A stretch of DNA of 64,000 nucleotides from Octopus bimaculoides (Eukaryota). The stretch lies in NCBI RefSeq assembly GCF_001194135.2, contig NC_068990.1, positions 92,812,965 to 92,876,964 on the forward strand, in the 5' to 3' direction. Below, piece by piece: positions 26,901 to 41,781 of the stretch; the stretch's first letter is position 1, and the number at the start of each line of letters is the position of its first letter. The notes under the pieces were generated by a model that saw nothing but the letters and a program-made list of their open reading frames with translations, did not search any database and was not told the DNA's origin. The translations under genes were made by a program, and so were the position numbers.

Positions 26901-29900
26901 AAAATAGAAAATGATGAATCAGTAAAAATAGTGTCTTACCAAGCTGGTCTGGATTATTGATCATATGATTTGAGATGTTGCAGATACAAGACAACAGTAA
27001 CTGCTTCAGATATTCAGCAGAGTTATTCTCTTCCAATTCCAGAACTCTATATCAAAGTGAGAGATAAGGAGTAACAGTTACATACAGATGGATGTATGTG
27101 TATGTTTAGAACACATATTGTACACTAATATGCATAATATATATATATAATGGTTTTCTGATTAGCATGACATAATATTCGTGATAAGTTTTTAAATGAG
27201 TTAAATTTGATTTAAGGTAAATCACATTTGGTAGCGTTTATCTTAATGAAACAGCTGTTGAGCATAATCCAAGTATGAACTATATGCAAAATTTATGTCT
27301 CTTTCTCTCTTTCCACACCACACAAATGTATATATATATAAATAAATCATTGTTTTAACAAAAAGTTTTCTATGCTTGCAGAGGCCAGGTGTAATTCATT
27401 GAGACAGATTTTCTATGGATAGATGCCCTGCTGGTTAACAACCTTCAACTATTTTCAAGCAAAAAAGAGCATAAATTGTAAGACAGAGAGATAACAAGGT
27501 TACAATATGGGTGGAGGGTCTGCTGTTCATTTTTTGTCTTATATCAGTGCTTATGTTGTTGTCATCATCTTCATCATTTTAATGTCCAGTTTTCCCGAAG
27601 GGTGACAGGAAGTTAAACCCAAGACATAAATAGAACAATTCTCACCTGGATAACAGTTTGAAACAAATGGGTAAAAGAATCTGTGGTTCCCGTAGTTTCT
27701 TCTTGTTCTGAAGGATCTCAAGAACCACAATAACACGCTGCCACGACAGACTATCAAGTTGGTTAGCTTCAGTTTCACCAGTCAACCTTAACAACAAGAA
27801 AATATTACAGACATCACACAGTGAAGAAACAGCCATAAAAATAAACAGAACATGAGCTGCCAGAAGAAGGATGGCAGTATGTTATTAAGGTAACAGAATT
27901 ATTGTTGCTATATCTACCCTGATCCTTTAAGACAACTGACCCCTCTCATTAGCAATCTTCTACACATCTTGTCTTTCAGCGTTAAATCTTTCCCCTTCAT
28001 AGTTTAAGTCCATGTAATAAGTTGCAAGCCCAGTTTATTAGGTAAAATCAACTGTAAAATAGTGCAACTTGTACAAACACACACACAAAACTCATGCACA
28101 GAAATATACTTACATTTGGAGCCGTTTGTTTTCAAATACTGTATTGCGGACAGGGTGAGATTGAAATATGTCAAGTTCATTCAATAGATAGGAAGACTTT
28201 ATTGAAAACTGATCAAAATAAAACAGAAACAATATTACAACAACAATAAGAAGTATTACTACTACTTAAAAACAAAAAAAAAAAATTAGTGACATTAGTG
28301 AGATTATATGATGATGGCTGTTGGTCAGGTGGACAAAGAGACTTTAGTCTAAATGGCACAATGTTTACCAGGTTGAGTCAAAAGACACATGGCACAATCC
28401 ATTGCCCTTCATTTGAGTTACCTCTTGGGAGTTACTTGGTAATCTTACTGGTGTTAGTGCTACAGAAAAAAAGCACCCAAAACACTCTGTAAAGTGGTTG
28501 GCATTAAAAAGGGAATCCAACCATAAAAACCAGGTCAGAGCAGACATTGGAGCCTGGCACAGTACTCTAGTTTGTTGCGAGCTCCTGGTGGATTGCTCAA
28601 CCCATGTCTGCATGGATAACAGACGTTAAATAATGACGGCACAGTCTACTCAGCTGCAAATGGATACCCTCCCTCTCTCTTATCCAAGTTGCAGTCAAAT
28701 CCTGATATGAATTATTGCCATCTTGAAGGATGATGCTAAACTCAAATTTTGATAGTAATAAGTGAATTAACGACCAGTCTTTTCCTGGACAGATTGCCAA
28801 ACACTGGTGGACGATTACCGTCACCCTTAAACACCTGGTACCTATTTTCCAACCAAGATAAAAGTGAAGTATGAATGCTTTTGGATAATGTCAGATGAAG
28901 CAAGGAGCAGCACCCATCACTTCTGCTGCCCCACCCACAGCAAGTCAATGGCTGATGATTAGTTTGAACTTCTGGAGGCTAATGACTAGAAAATTTCAAA
29001 GGGTTGAAGTTGTAAAGAGGGACAGAGGATGAATTGGGAAATGCTTAGTCCAGGGTTTTGTTGAGAGGAAGAGATAGGCATATTAAGTGGCCTGGTGGAG
29101 GAGGGTTGCCGATAGCTAGTTCAGAAGAACAGAGGCTGTTGTAGTAGTAGTGGTAGAAGAAACAGGGAGAAGACACAGCGAGTGTGTGAGACAGTGGTTG
29201 GTGTTAGTTGATCAGTGAATTACTGCAGAGACAGTGGTTGTAGTTTGTTGGTAAGTCCTTGGTGGTGCCCCACTACAACACCACACAGCTGACGTGATGT
29301 GTTCCAGTACAAAGTGCAAAATAAATAAATGAAGGAAAATAACTTACATGTTTCAGAAGCTTACGAATCAATTCAGGTGTCCCAACAAAATCAGATTCAA
29401 CAAGTGCTGTGAACAGGTGAGACATTAACTGTTGTTGACTGTCATCATTTGGTAAACTCAGGTAAAACTCTTTGTTAATCTGTAGTAAAGAGTATAATAT
29501 ATGGTTTGTTCATCACTAATTCATTAGTCTTGAATGGCACAACAATGCAGAGAGGATTATAATAACTGTTATAACTTAATTAACTGATATAATATTTCGG
29601 AATATAAAAATTCCTTCTTCAGATATCCCTAGGAATTGATCAAGTCACTACTATAATCGGCTTTCCAATGGTTACTGAATATTTTTTTTTTCTGGAAGTG
29701 TCTCTGAGGTGGTCACATGAAGCTCCTTCAGAATTCCTCGTGTGCAGTGCATGAGGGTAGCCATGTCTCAAGCTCGTGTGTGTTGGTACATCCACAGTGG
29801 TACTTTTAAGTTATGTATTATACGTGCTGAGGAGCGGAATCATTACTACCCTCATTTAACATTTGTTTTCCATGCTGGCATGGGTTGAATGGTTTGACAG

Positions 29901-30349
29901 GAGCTGGCAAGCTAGAAGTCTACACCATAGTCTACTGTCTGCTTTGGCATGGTTTCTAGGGCTGGAGGGGCCATTCCTAAAGCCAACCGATTTACAGAGA
30001 ATGAAATTATGATTTGTTCATGACATTTTTGTTCCTTCTCTTTCCTAAATATGTTGCTCTGAACAACTGTTTGGGCCAATCTTAATATATTTACAACTTT
30101 ATTCCAGTTATGAATATTGCACTGTAATAATATAATGGAGTTTCACAATATGTTAATAACTGATCGCTTAAATACTGTGAATGTATTTTATTTAAACACT
30201 GATTCGATATTTTAAACAAACACAGAGACGCTGATCAAACTGTCCAATCCATGCCAGCATGGACAATGGATGTTGAAAGAGGTTGAGCATGATGATGATT
30301 AATACAGTTTTTATGAAAAGCTTGGTAAGTAGCACTTTACTGATTGTAG

Positions 30350-30380
<31 letters not shown>

Positions 30381-31096
30381 CACTGAAAGATGTGTAGTTT
30401 GTAGTCTAATTGTCCATACAAATGGTGTTTTATGGTTATTTCTAAAATTTGAATTTTAATGACAATGTTGAAGGCAGAAAATAATATAAACACTGAAAGT
30501 ACCAATCCAAGAATATGGTAATGTAATAACATAGAAAACAAATGAAAAGAAGATACATTGCAGATGGCGCTTTAAAGGTGCTGCACGAAACTATTTTAAG
30601 ATCAAATATAAAACTATTTTAATGTTCTTTACCAATTTAATAGCGAATTCCTGAATTTCTAATTGCTGCTTCTGGTTGGCACAATTTTTGAGACTAATGA
30701 CTTTACCAAACAATTTGAAAGCTTGTGAGTCGACTGTTAGGTATGAAGCAATCTCTGCACTGTAACGTAATAAGAGCAGGTTCAGGGAATCGTGCTGGCA
30801 TTGAGTAAGGGACTTGGTTTTTAGCATGTCCAGCAAACGACTCAGTAATGGTATCAACTGAGACATCAGTTCCTGTAATGAGTAAAAGACACGAAGAACA
30901 GAACAGATTAGACATACATGTGTTGTGACATAGGGTTCAATACAAAAAGAGAGAGAGAGACAGGTGAGGGAACAACAAACAAGGTGTGTTAGCTTCACAC
31001 TCAGGAAGTATGGAAGAGTCTTTGCTGTTTTGAAGAGTCTATGGCTCTTCTACAGAAAGGAATGAGGAAAGAAAATGGAGAGAGGGGGGAAAAACA

Positions 31097-31140
<44 letters not shown>

Positions 31141-34100
31141 AAATAGTAAATGAGTATATGCATATATACGTACAGGTATGTGCATACCGACATCCACCTG
31201 TATGTATAGGTGCATATCTGGGTACAGGACATTGCAAACAAACGTAGACGAGAACACACGAGCCACATAGAGAACATCTCCTTGATCAGCCACCCACGTT
31301 TTAACACCGGCGTTTCGACGAGATGAAAAAATGTATGGTAAAAAAACAAATGAGAGACAAACCGAAGGTCTGTAATTCTTCATCAGTTATCGACCGAATG
31401 GTGATACTCAGTTTTGCACCTTTAACGATAAGACTGAGTGTTTCCCATTTGGTTGATAACTGATGAAGAATTAGGCAACTTCTGTCTTTGTCTCCCATCC
31501 AGGTAGGTTAATGGAGAAACTAGTGTTTGTACATGGAAGATGAACAGATGCCATATAGACCAAGGAATTGATTCTCTCAAATGCCCCAAACCAATATATT
31601 ACAGAGAGATTTTGATCAGTCTTGTAAAGACGAATGGTAAAGTTAATTCTGGTGGAATTTGAACTCAAAACATAGGGAGACTGTTAAACATTTAATATGA
31701 CATTCTAATATTCCACATATTTCACTACGCTTGATGAAATTGGTTGTGAATGTATTTCCAAATGTAAGTGTTCATGAGACATCAAAATGGAGGAGCTGCT
31801 GGGTGGAAGAAATGGAGCGAGAGGAAAAGTAAGAGGTGAACTAATGAAACAAGATGACATTGATGAAATATATCTTATTTATTTGTATGTCATAGCTGTC
31901 ACTCGTTAATACCATAGTCGAACCATCCAACCCATGCCAGCATGGAAAACAGACGTTAAACGATAATGATGATGATGACAAAGATAAGGATGATCATAGG
32001 CTTGCTCTACAAAGGCTGGCTTGGGGTTATAAGCAACAACAACAACATACCATATTATTGAATTCCTTGAAGGCCTCCAGCATTGACTTGATTATATAGA
32101 ACGGAGTGGTTTCCATAATCATCACATTGAAGATGTCTTGTACTGTCCGTTTTCTGGAGGAGCTGTCTATGTCTCTCATGGAACTATCAGAATCATAGTT
32201 TGATTCATAATTCATCACTTGTCCAATCAACTGAAGAAAGAAAGAAAGAGAAAATATTTAATAACGGAGCTGTATCCTTCCTTCTGTAGATTTGACAATC
32301 TGCTTGCTGTCAATCGTAAACACACTCTTCATTCCTCCTTTAACCATATTCCCCTTGGAATATAATGTTTTTCTTTTAATGAATTTTGAAATTAATGAAG
32401 AATTTAGTAAAATAACTGACTACTAAGCTGATGTTTGGAGCACTAATACCAAATTGTTTTTATCAAAAACAGCAATGATGGCCATAGTAAATGTTTCTGG
32501 TGAAAGCCCCGAATTCAAAGAAATGGCTTGTTTATATATCTGCAACAATATCCTCAGTCTATCCTGCCAAAAAACTGGAAAATTGTTGGAGTCAGATTCT
32601 TATCTGGACATCAAAATCTGACTGAATCTCTTCAGACTTATTATCAGTTTGTGTTTTGTGAATTAGAAGAAAATGGAATTCAAGGGAAGAATACAGAAGA
32701 TAAAGTGATTCAAATGAGCCTCAAAGATGTAGAGCAATCGTCTGAACATTGTATAAAAGCACTTCAATATCTTCTGTCAGGTTCTTGGAGGTTTAATGTC
32801 TATATTGAATCCATTGAGGAGTTTCATATGATTTCTAAATTTCAGATGACTTAAATGATTGTCTAAAATAAGCATCGGTGTGTACCCAGCATTTACCTTC
32901 TTGGTCAAAAACCTTAAATTGTTCTCAGATCAGACAGGCCATTAGGAGTTAATTTCAGCAAATATCGAGGCTTATCAAAAGCAACATTTGCTTACAATTA
33001 AAGATGAGCTGATGCTTCTGACATTATTATAATTTGTGTAAGGCAGTGAGCTGGCAGAAACAGTAGCACGCTGGGTGAAATGCTGAGCGGTATTTCGTTT
33101 GTCTTTACGTTCTGAGTTCAAATTCCGCTGAGGTTGAATTTGCCTTTCATCCCTTTGGGGTTAATAAATTAAGTACTGGTTGCATACTGGGATTGATCTA
33201 ATCAACTGCCCACCTCCCACAAAGTTTCGGGTCTTGTGCCTAGAGTCGAAAAGATTATTATAATTCGTGTGTAGTAAGATGTGAATGCCCATAAAATGAA
33301 TAGGAATTTGTATGCAAGTGTAATAATGTGTATGCTTATAGCAGTATGCTTCTGTGTAGCAATGTGTATATGTATACAAGTGTTTGTGTGTCTGCATGTA
33401 GCTGTAAAGTGAAGTGTATGGGAATGTATGCTCGTCTATATGTGGATGTATTTATAGTGTTTAGTAATATCACAATGTAGTGTATAAGAGTCCATGTGGA
33501 TTGCAGGAATGCGCAGGCCTACATTCCAGCTGTAACTTACTCTTGGGAGATCCTCGTATGACTCAATGGTGTCCAGGTCAGCAATCAGTTTCTTCAAAAA
33601 ATAATGGTAAGGAAGAGTTTTTCTGTGACCCTTTGGATACACCACTGGCATACAACTGGCAGCAGCTTTCCTGATCATTGACTTCTTGCTGCCAAGTGCA
33701 GCGATCATGCTTACCATAACTAGAATGAGGTAAAATAGAATCAGTGAGTGAGTTTCAAGACAAATCAGATAGAGAGAAATGTTCCAGACAACAAAGGTAG
33801 AATGACAAATAGATACCAGGGAGAAGAACAACATATTACAGCAGGTAATCGAGATATATATATATATATATAAAATCATCATTTAACGTCCGTAGTCCAT
33901 GCTGGCATGGGTTGGACGGTTTGACTGGGGCTGGACAGCTGGACGGCTGCACCAGACTCCAGTTCTGATTTGGCAGGGTTTTCTACGGCTGGATGCCCTT
34001 CCTAATGCCAACCACTCCAAGAGTGTAATGAGTACTTTTATGTGCCACCAGCATAGGTGCCAATTTGCGTGACACCGGTATTTGCTACGATTGCGATTTT

Positions 34101-37100
34101 ACTTGGCTTAATGGGTCTTCATCTCAAGCATGACATAATGTCAAAGGTCTTGGTCATCACCTCCGTGAGGCCTAACACTTGAAAGGAACTCAGCCACTTT
34201 CCCTCTGTGAGGCCAACACTCGAAAGGAGACCTGTGGTTAATTGCGTAGGTATATCATATATATATATATATACATATATCCCTTCTCTCTGTTAGATGG
34301 CACAAGCACTTACATATATGTCTACACACACACACATTTCATAGATGTCTTTAATACTGCAGGTATAAATACTATAAAATATCCACATCTTATAGATGTG
34401 GCTAATTGTGCCTTCCATTCAAATGTAGTTGACTTGGGCTAAGCAACAACTGCAACCACCAATATTAACTACAATAATTTTCACCACCAAATCTAACAAT
34501 GACAGCTATCAATACCAACTACTTCAGCCATCTTTACTAAATACCAAACCTGGGCACGAAACCATTAATTGTTAATTAATGAAGTTAACATTTTGTTTAA
34601 CAATTTAACTTTAGAAATCATTATCAGAGTAATTCATTTCTGTTACATTTAACATCCATCAACTTCAATTCAATTCTAGGGAAAGGGCCAGTTGATTAGA
34701 TCGACCCCAGTATGCAGCTGGTACTTAATTTATCAACCTCGAAAGGATGAAAGGCAAAGTCGACCTCAGTGGAATTTGAACTCAGAATGTAAAGACAGAC
34801 GAAATACTGCTAAGCATTTCGCCTGGCATGCTAACATTTCTGCTAGCTCGCCACTTTGTGATGTCTGAAATATTGAGAAAGTGAAGTGTTTCTACGAACC
34901 TGGTACAGGAGACAACATCCACTTGTGGACATAGTTCGGATCAACAGATTTAATCCATATGTAGCCCGTCTTTAGAGCAGAAATTTGCTGCTGGCTTATG
35001 ATGTGGGCAGCAGATCGTTGCTGCATGTCTGCTGTCCACAAGAAACACAAGAATTTATCAAATACATCATATTTGACCAATTCCTGAAAACAAAGATTAA
35101 AAAAAAATGTAAGTCAATAAAGTATTTATTTTATGGACAGAAATGAAATAAAGTAGAATCATAAGATATATTTTATCAGTGAGTGATGAATTCAACTTGA
35201 GATGAGAGAACAGGAGGTTGTGATGTTCATCATCATCATCATTCTAATGTCCAGTCTTCCATGCTGGCAATGGGTCAGATGGAATTCAGCGAGACAGATT
35301 TTCTACAATTGAATGTCTTTCTTGTTGCCAACCCTCATCTGTTTCCAAGTTGATATTCCCCTCTGACCAGATATATTTTCATGGACGATGGAAATACAAG
35401 ACTCTGCTCGTGTGATGGTGACATTCACTCACAGCTATCATGTTTCTACGTTTTATGACGTCACAGCTGTCACTCGTTAATACCATAGTTGTCTCAACAC
35501 TTATGATTTCACACCTGCTTTATATTTTACAATGCTTAAGCCAGAGCCAACACCATATTTTATAATAGTATGTCACAGCGGTGCTAACAGTCTGAGATCA
35601 TATTTATACAGAAATGTAATGTATATATTAGAGGAGAATTAAGAAAAACCAAAAGAAGCAATCTACAAATCGTATTCTTTTGTGTTGTCATGAGACTGTG
35701 ATGTAGTTGAAAGGGCAGCAGCAGGCAAACCATTTTGAATACACAAACACAGATGATAATACTTACCCCAAAAAAGACATTGACCAAATTTGATTCTGAA
35801 GCTTTAAATTTCTTGTATTTCTCTGTGTATTTTACCAAAAGTCCAAACAATTGAATGATCAGTTGTATACAAGTATCATGGACACCGTTGTTGTTGTAGT
35901 ACTCCCAAAATATGGTACCTAAAACAACAGAATTGAGACACGAAACCATTAATGCTCCAAGTGAGATATCACAAACAGACCGACGGAAGTCCTGAGGTGT
36001 GACAATGACCAGATAAGATGGACAGACAATGGAATGGGATGAGGGGCACACGGAAATATATATATACTAGTAAATACACCTGACCTTTGGGTGGCTTAAG
36101 TTGCTTATTATTATTGCGGTAAAGAGCTAACAGAATTGTTAGAGCATCAGACCAAATGCTTTGTACTGTTTGTTCTTCCAACCTATTACATTCTGAGTTC
36201 AAATTCCACTGCAGTTGACCTTGCTTTTCGCTAATTTTCAACTGATTATAATAATAATCCCTTCTACTATAGGTATGAGGCCTGAAATTTTGGGGGAGGG
36301 AGAGAGTCGATTACATCGACCCCAGTGTGTAAATAGTACTTAATTTATCAACCCCGAAAAGATGAAAGGCAAAGTCAACCTCAGTGGAATTTGAACTCAG
36401 AATGTAGTGAGCGTGCTAACGATTTTGCCAGCTTGGCACCTTAATAATGATAATAATAATGCCCCAGGTGTTGGGAAGACACTTGGCAGGAAATGGGAAC
36501 AAAATTGAAAGCAGAAAATAACGAAGACAATAATAATAATAATGATAATAATAATCGGTAGGAATTATGTGGGTAGCAGGTTAGTGCCTGTAACCTTAGG
36601 TATCCATACTGTCTTTCAAGTGCTTATCAAGAGAGTTCCAAGGTTACAGGTAGTAACCTGGTACCCACATAAATCCTACCAGGAATAAGACTGAACCGGA
36701 GCCAAACCAAAATATTAATAATATTAGTTTCAAATTTCAGCACAAGGCCAGCAATTTTGGAATAGGGGATATTGATTACATTGACCTCAACACTCAACTG
36801 GTTCTTATTTTATTGATTCTAGAAGGATCTAAACTCAAATATTTAAGATCAATATTATCAAATATAAAAAGTGAGAAACCAGGTATTTTTGTACCTTAAT
36901 AATAATTACCTTTTGTTAAGGAATCGACTATTGCCAGAGAATCAATGAATTTTTCCAAAAATACTGCACAATGTCTGACCTGTGCATCTTTGTCCATGCC
37001 AACTGAACCTTGCTTCAAGACGATTTCTTCATGAAATGGTATCTTTCCAGCAATTTGTTTCTGAAAGAAGAGGAAAAGCATCAAGAATTTCAAAATAACA

Positions 37101-40100
37101 GAATGCTTTAAAGAAAGAAAGAGAACTGTAAGAAAAATTTGCTTCAAGAAATTCTGTTTGACCCATGACCAGAGAGAAAAGTGGAAGTGAAATGATGATG
37201 ACAGAAATATTTGTGTAGATGAGAATATAGATAATACAACATAGGTTTACCTTTGTCAGAATTTCTTTTATAATTTTAATTGTACATAAACACAGGTCAA
37301 ATGTTGATTTGAAGTGTTTGTCAAGTTCTTGATAGAGGAATGAGAACATTTCTAACATAAAGCACAGGAAGCAAGCTCTGCGAGGAGACTGGTTTGGCAA
37401 AGAATCTAGAAACATATTGAACTGGAAGAGACAAATATAGAATTAGAAAACATTTAGGTAGAATTTGAAAAATTGCTAACAAATCAAAATATGAAATCTC
37501 AAAGATTTATAAGGAAATACCGAAATATTTTCAACACTCATTTTACTCTATTTCAAAATCTACAGAAAAACATAAATCTGAAGCTGAAGTGGTCAAGTTA
37601 AGAAGTTTGCTTCCCAGCCACATGGTTTCAGGTTCAGTCTCAGTGCATGACACTTTGGACAAGTGTCTGCTACTATAACCTCAGGTTGAACAAAGCCATG
37701 TGAGTGGACATAGTAGAAAGAAACTGAAAGAAGCTCTTCATTAACTGTACATACATTAAATAGTTTATGAGTTAGCTTTGACCACCAGCAACATGTCCTG
37801 TACTGCTGTTGTGGTCAGATCAGCTCAACCACAACTGGCTCAAGATGGTGCATGTGCCTGTGTGAGACAGCAACTTTTATAAAGAGCAGCATGTCTTGCA
37901 TCTAAGCCACCACATCACTGACAGCCATTACTGTACACCAGAAAGTCAAACACTCCCCCCACCACATCATATCTCAACCCCTCCACCATATGCACACACA
38001 CACACTCCCCTACCATTATATAACAGAAGGCAACTTCCAGTCTGTTAGAAACAGAAGCTAAATCTTTCTCAACTCGCACCCTGTTGTTTTACAAAAGAAA
38101 GAACATGCTGAACAATGTAAAGATGTGATGGTCATGGATAGAACGTCTTTGATCAGAAGTGACCAGGAGTTAGACAACAATTAACTGACACAAACAATAC
38201 TTACAGTGCTCAGTGCTTTATGAGCAGGAACATCCAATATTCTCCGTGATATGATTTCAATGAGAAATTGTCTTGGATTGCCAGACACTAGAATTTCAGG
38301 AAAATAAAAGGTTTTATGTAGAATGTACACCATGAAAAATGGAAGAAGAGAAAAATAAGGGGAAAGAGAATGTTTAGTATGTATGTGTGTGTGTGTGTGT
38401 GTGTGTGTACACACACAGAAGTACGGTTGTGCTGTGAAGAAGTCTCCTTTCAGACTGTGTGGGTTTGGGCACTGTTCCATTGTGTAGCACCTTGGGCAAG
38501 TGTTTTCTTCTACAGACCTAGTTTGACCAAATCTTGTGAATGGATTTGGTAAATAGAAACAAATATGGAAGCGAGTGTGTGTGTGTGTGTTTATGCATAT
38601 CTGAGAAATTGTCTGAATTGTTGGAAACTGATAAAACAGGAAGATTATCATCCCAAAGGTGATACAATAAGGTGTGTGAGTGTGTGTTGCAGATGGAGTG
38701 AATATGCCTGCGAGAGAACAGACAATGCAATTAATTAATCACATCTATAAACATTGACATTCCTTTAAAGACAAAAATTTTACACTTACATTCTTTGGGG
38801 AAAGAATTCTCAGCAGCAAAAGGACTAGAAATAATAATTTTGAAGAGACTCTCGTCAACAGTGGTCATGTGTAAGATGTATGGTGCCAGTATGGCGATTA
38901 TCTCTGGATAGAGATCCACATTGTTACAGAGGAGTAAAATCTTGATAGCAGGGATCTTAAGGGAATTCCTACAAAATAACAAATAAGAATTATTTCAGCA
39001 AACATTACAGAAGGAAGCAAAGTTAGCTTAAAGCCTTCCCAATTTCTGCAGCTTTTATTTCTCAAGATTACAAGTCACACATTTTATACGATTCAATGCA
39101 AAATACTAACATACCAGTGGTACTCAGTTTTCATACTAAAGCTTGTTATGGAGCATACTGAAAGATTTTAGCTGTCACTAGGTAAATTAAATGAATTTAC
39201 CAGCAAGGGTGTGGGGGTTAAGAAGCTTACTTTGCAACCAGATGGTTCTGGGTTCAATCCCACTTAAGTAAGTGTCATCTATAACAATACCTTGTGATTG
39301 AATTTTGTAGCTGGAAACTGTGAGGAAGCTTATTGTATTTATATACATGTGTGTGTATGTGTTTGTTCTCACCACCACCACTCGACATCTGGTGTTGGTT
39401 TGTTTAGTCCCTGTAACTTAACATTTCAGCAAAAGAGAATGTTAGACTATGTACCAGACGCCAAAATAAGTCCTGGGGTCAATTTGTTTGACTAATTTGT
39501 CGAGGTGGTGCCCCAGCATGGCCAGTCTCATGACTGGAACCAGCAGAAGAAGAGGAAAAGAACAAAGACAAAATAGATGATTACTGATAAAATCATAAAA
39601 ATAGCTGAAACAGCCTCCTCCAGTCAGTTGTGTTTTTTATGTCCTCAACAAAATTCTACGACAGATGTTTCCATCTCTTCTATGCTTTTGGTAAATTCAT
39701 TTAATTTCTAACCACATTGATGGCTAATATAATGTAACATCGAAACCTATGTTTTACAGAAAAAAAGGGTATTTTTCAGCATTAACAATTTTCAAAAGTA
39801 GAAGCTAGGAGGTATTTCTGAATAAGTAAGCTCTCTAAGATGAGATCTTCTTGGCATTTTGATGCCTACTTAAATATTAATCTAAATTACATTTGTAAGG
39901 AAGATTTGTCACAGCTGTATATTTATCCAGTTACGGTTGTATCTGTGCTTCTATCATTTGTACCTACCCTTTGGTCTAACTTGTGATTTACAAACAAATA
40001 TCTACAATAGTCAAATGTGTCGCTTTAGACATACAGCAACCAGATACACGTAGTGACCACAGACAGACAGACAGTACTTTATTACAACAACAACACAAAT

Positions 40101-41732
40101 TGTGACCTACCACTCTGATTCAGTGTCCGTCTTGAGAAGAATGTTTTTAATAGCTTCAATCAGTGATTTACCATCTAACAATTGCCAGAGTCTCTGAAAG
40201 AAAACCAAAATGAATATACATTATACAGAACACATAACTGGTTACCAGGCTGATATGTAGTTACCTCATATCCTTGGTGATGGTCACCTCAATGACACCA
40301 TGATGTTAAAGTCTCTCTCCACCTCACCTTAATCAATTAAAAGATCACAACCGTCTACACTTACATGCTTCAATTCAGTCACTGCCTCCACCACTTTTGG
40401 TACATCATCAGCAAGACGCAGCAACAAAGCTTGTTCATAGAAACTGGTGTCATCAGCCTGGAACAAACAAGAAATTCACAGATGAATGCATACAGAATGG
40501 ATGATGAGAGACAAAATGGATTAATGAACTGATTAGGAAACACTGTAATAGATGTTATGTATCTCTCTTTTTTTCTTTGTGTGTATAAGGGTGGGGGATG
40601 AAACTAAGTTTGCATCCCAACCACATGATTTCAGGTTAAACTGACAGAAGCCCAGTGTGCGTGTGTAATTATAAATATATATATTTATAATTACACATTT
40701 TCTTTTGTCTTGCAAGTACTTGGTGACCCTGTCAGTGCTGGTGCCACTTAAAAGCACTCAGTCCACACTGTAAAGTGGTTGGTGTTAGGAAGGGCATCCA
40801 GCTGTAAAACCTTGCCAAAACAAGAACCTGCTCTACCCTCACTTTTCCCTCATACCCCCTTTCATCTAATATAAGCCCCCCCACCAGGTTTTGTTCACTC
40901 ACAAGCCATATAGCGACCCCAATGGTGCCAGTGGCACAAAAATGCACCCTGTACACTGTGTAAAGTGGTTGGCATTAAGCTGTACAAGCCCTGTCAAAGC
41001 AGATACTGGAACACAATGAAGTCTTTGGACCCATGAGATCTTTGTCAAACCAACCAATCCCTGCCTGCATGGAACATGGACACCAAATGATGATGATGAT
41101 GATGATGACTATATATTTACCACATTGACTTTTTCACTCTTGAGAAAAGAGATGGCTTGAATCCGGAATTCTGCTAAAGGATGGTACAGACTAGTTGTAA
41201 GACTTGCTCCAGTTCCGGGTAGAAGTTTATGTTGAGCAGACTCCAATGAATAATTAAGAAGATTAAAGATGATCTTTTTGGATTTTGAGGTTTTGTGCCT
41301 CTCCATGTAACTCTGTACAGCTTCATCCAATGCCACTGCATGTCTGAGAGAAAACAATTAAGAAACTGTTGAGATATTTAGACTGAGTCAACAAATACAT
41401 TAATGTTACTGTATTTTGCAGCATGGTAGAAGCTGCACCGTGAAAGACACACTCTAATTTTGGAAAAGCAATTGTAGAAAAAAAAGTTGTATATATACCA
41501 AAGCCTTGTCCCCATAATTGGGTGAGTGACTAATGAGCACAATATCTTTCATCAAACAAAATTGATGAGTAAATCAAGAGTGCACAAGTCCACCATTACT
41601 GCATGAAATCACCAGACAATGGCCAGCCCTCCAGTTGTTTGCTGCTCAGTATTATTGTAGCAGACAACATTATTTCCTCATTTTAACTGTGCTGCGATTA
41701 TTCCTCTGACACAATATGGTGATCATACCACA

Positions 41733-41781
<49 letters not shown>

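Noticed and set aside
31301-31498. ORF as a missing HEATR1 exon
   Set aside because: It has no usable splice sites and overlaps a hairpin repeat. The flanking exons join in phase, and the protein length is already near that expected.
35919-36051. 5' extension of the 155-aa ORF 35584-36051 as exon sequence
   Set aside because: The acceptor at 35991 is phase 0 but the upstream donor is phase 1. The TTTTAG acceptor at 35918 fits.
36080-36182. Apparent HEATR1 exon (LEEQTVQSIWSDALTILLALYRNNNKQLKPPKGQ)
   Set aside because: It is the antisense of a decayed SINE, has no polypyrimidine tract and is in the wrong phase. Exon 36910 joins 35918 in frame without it.
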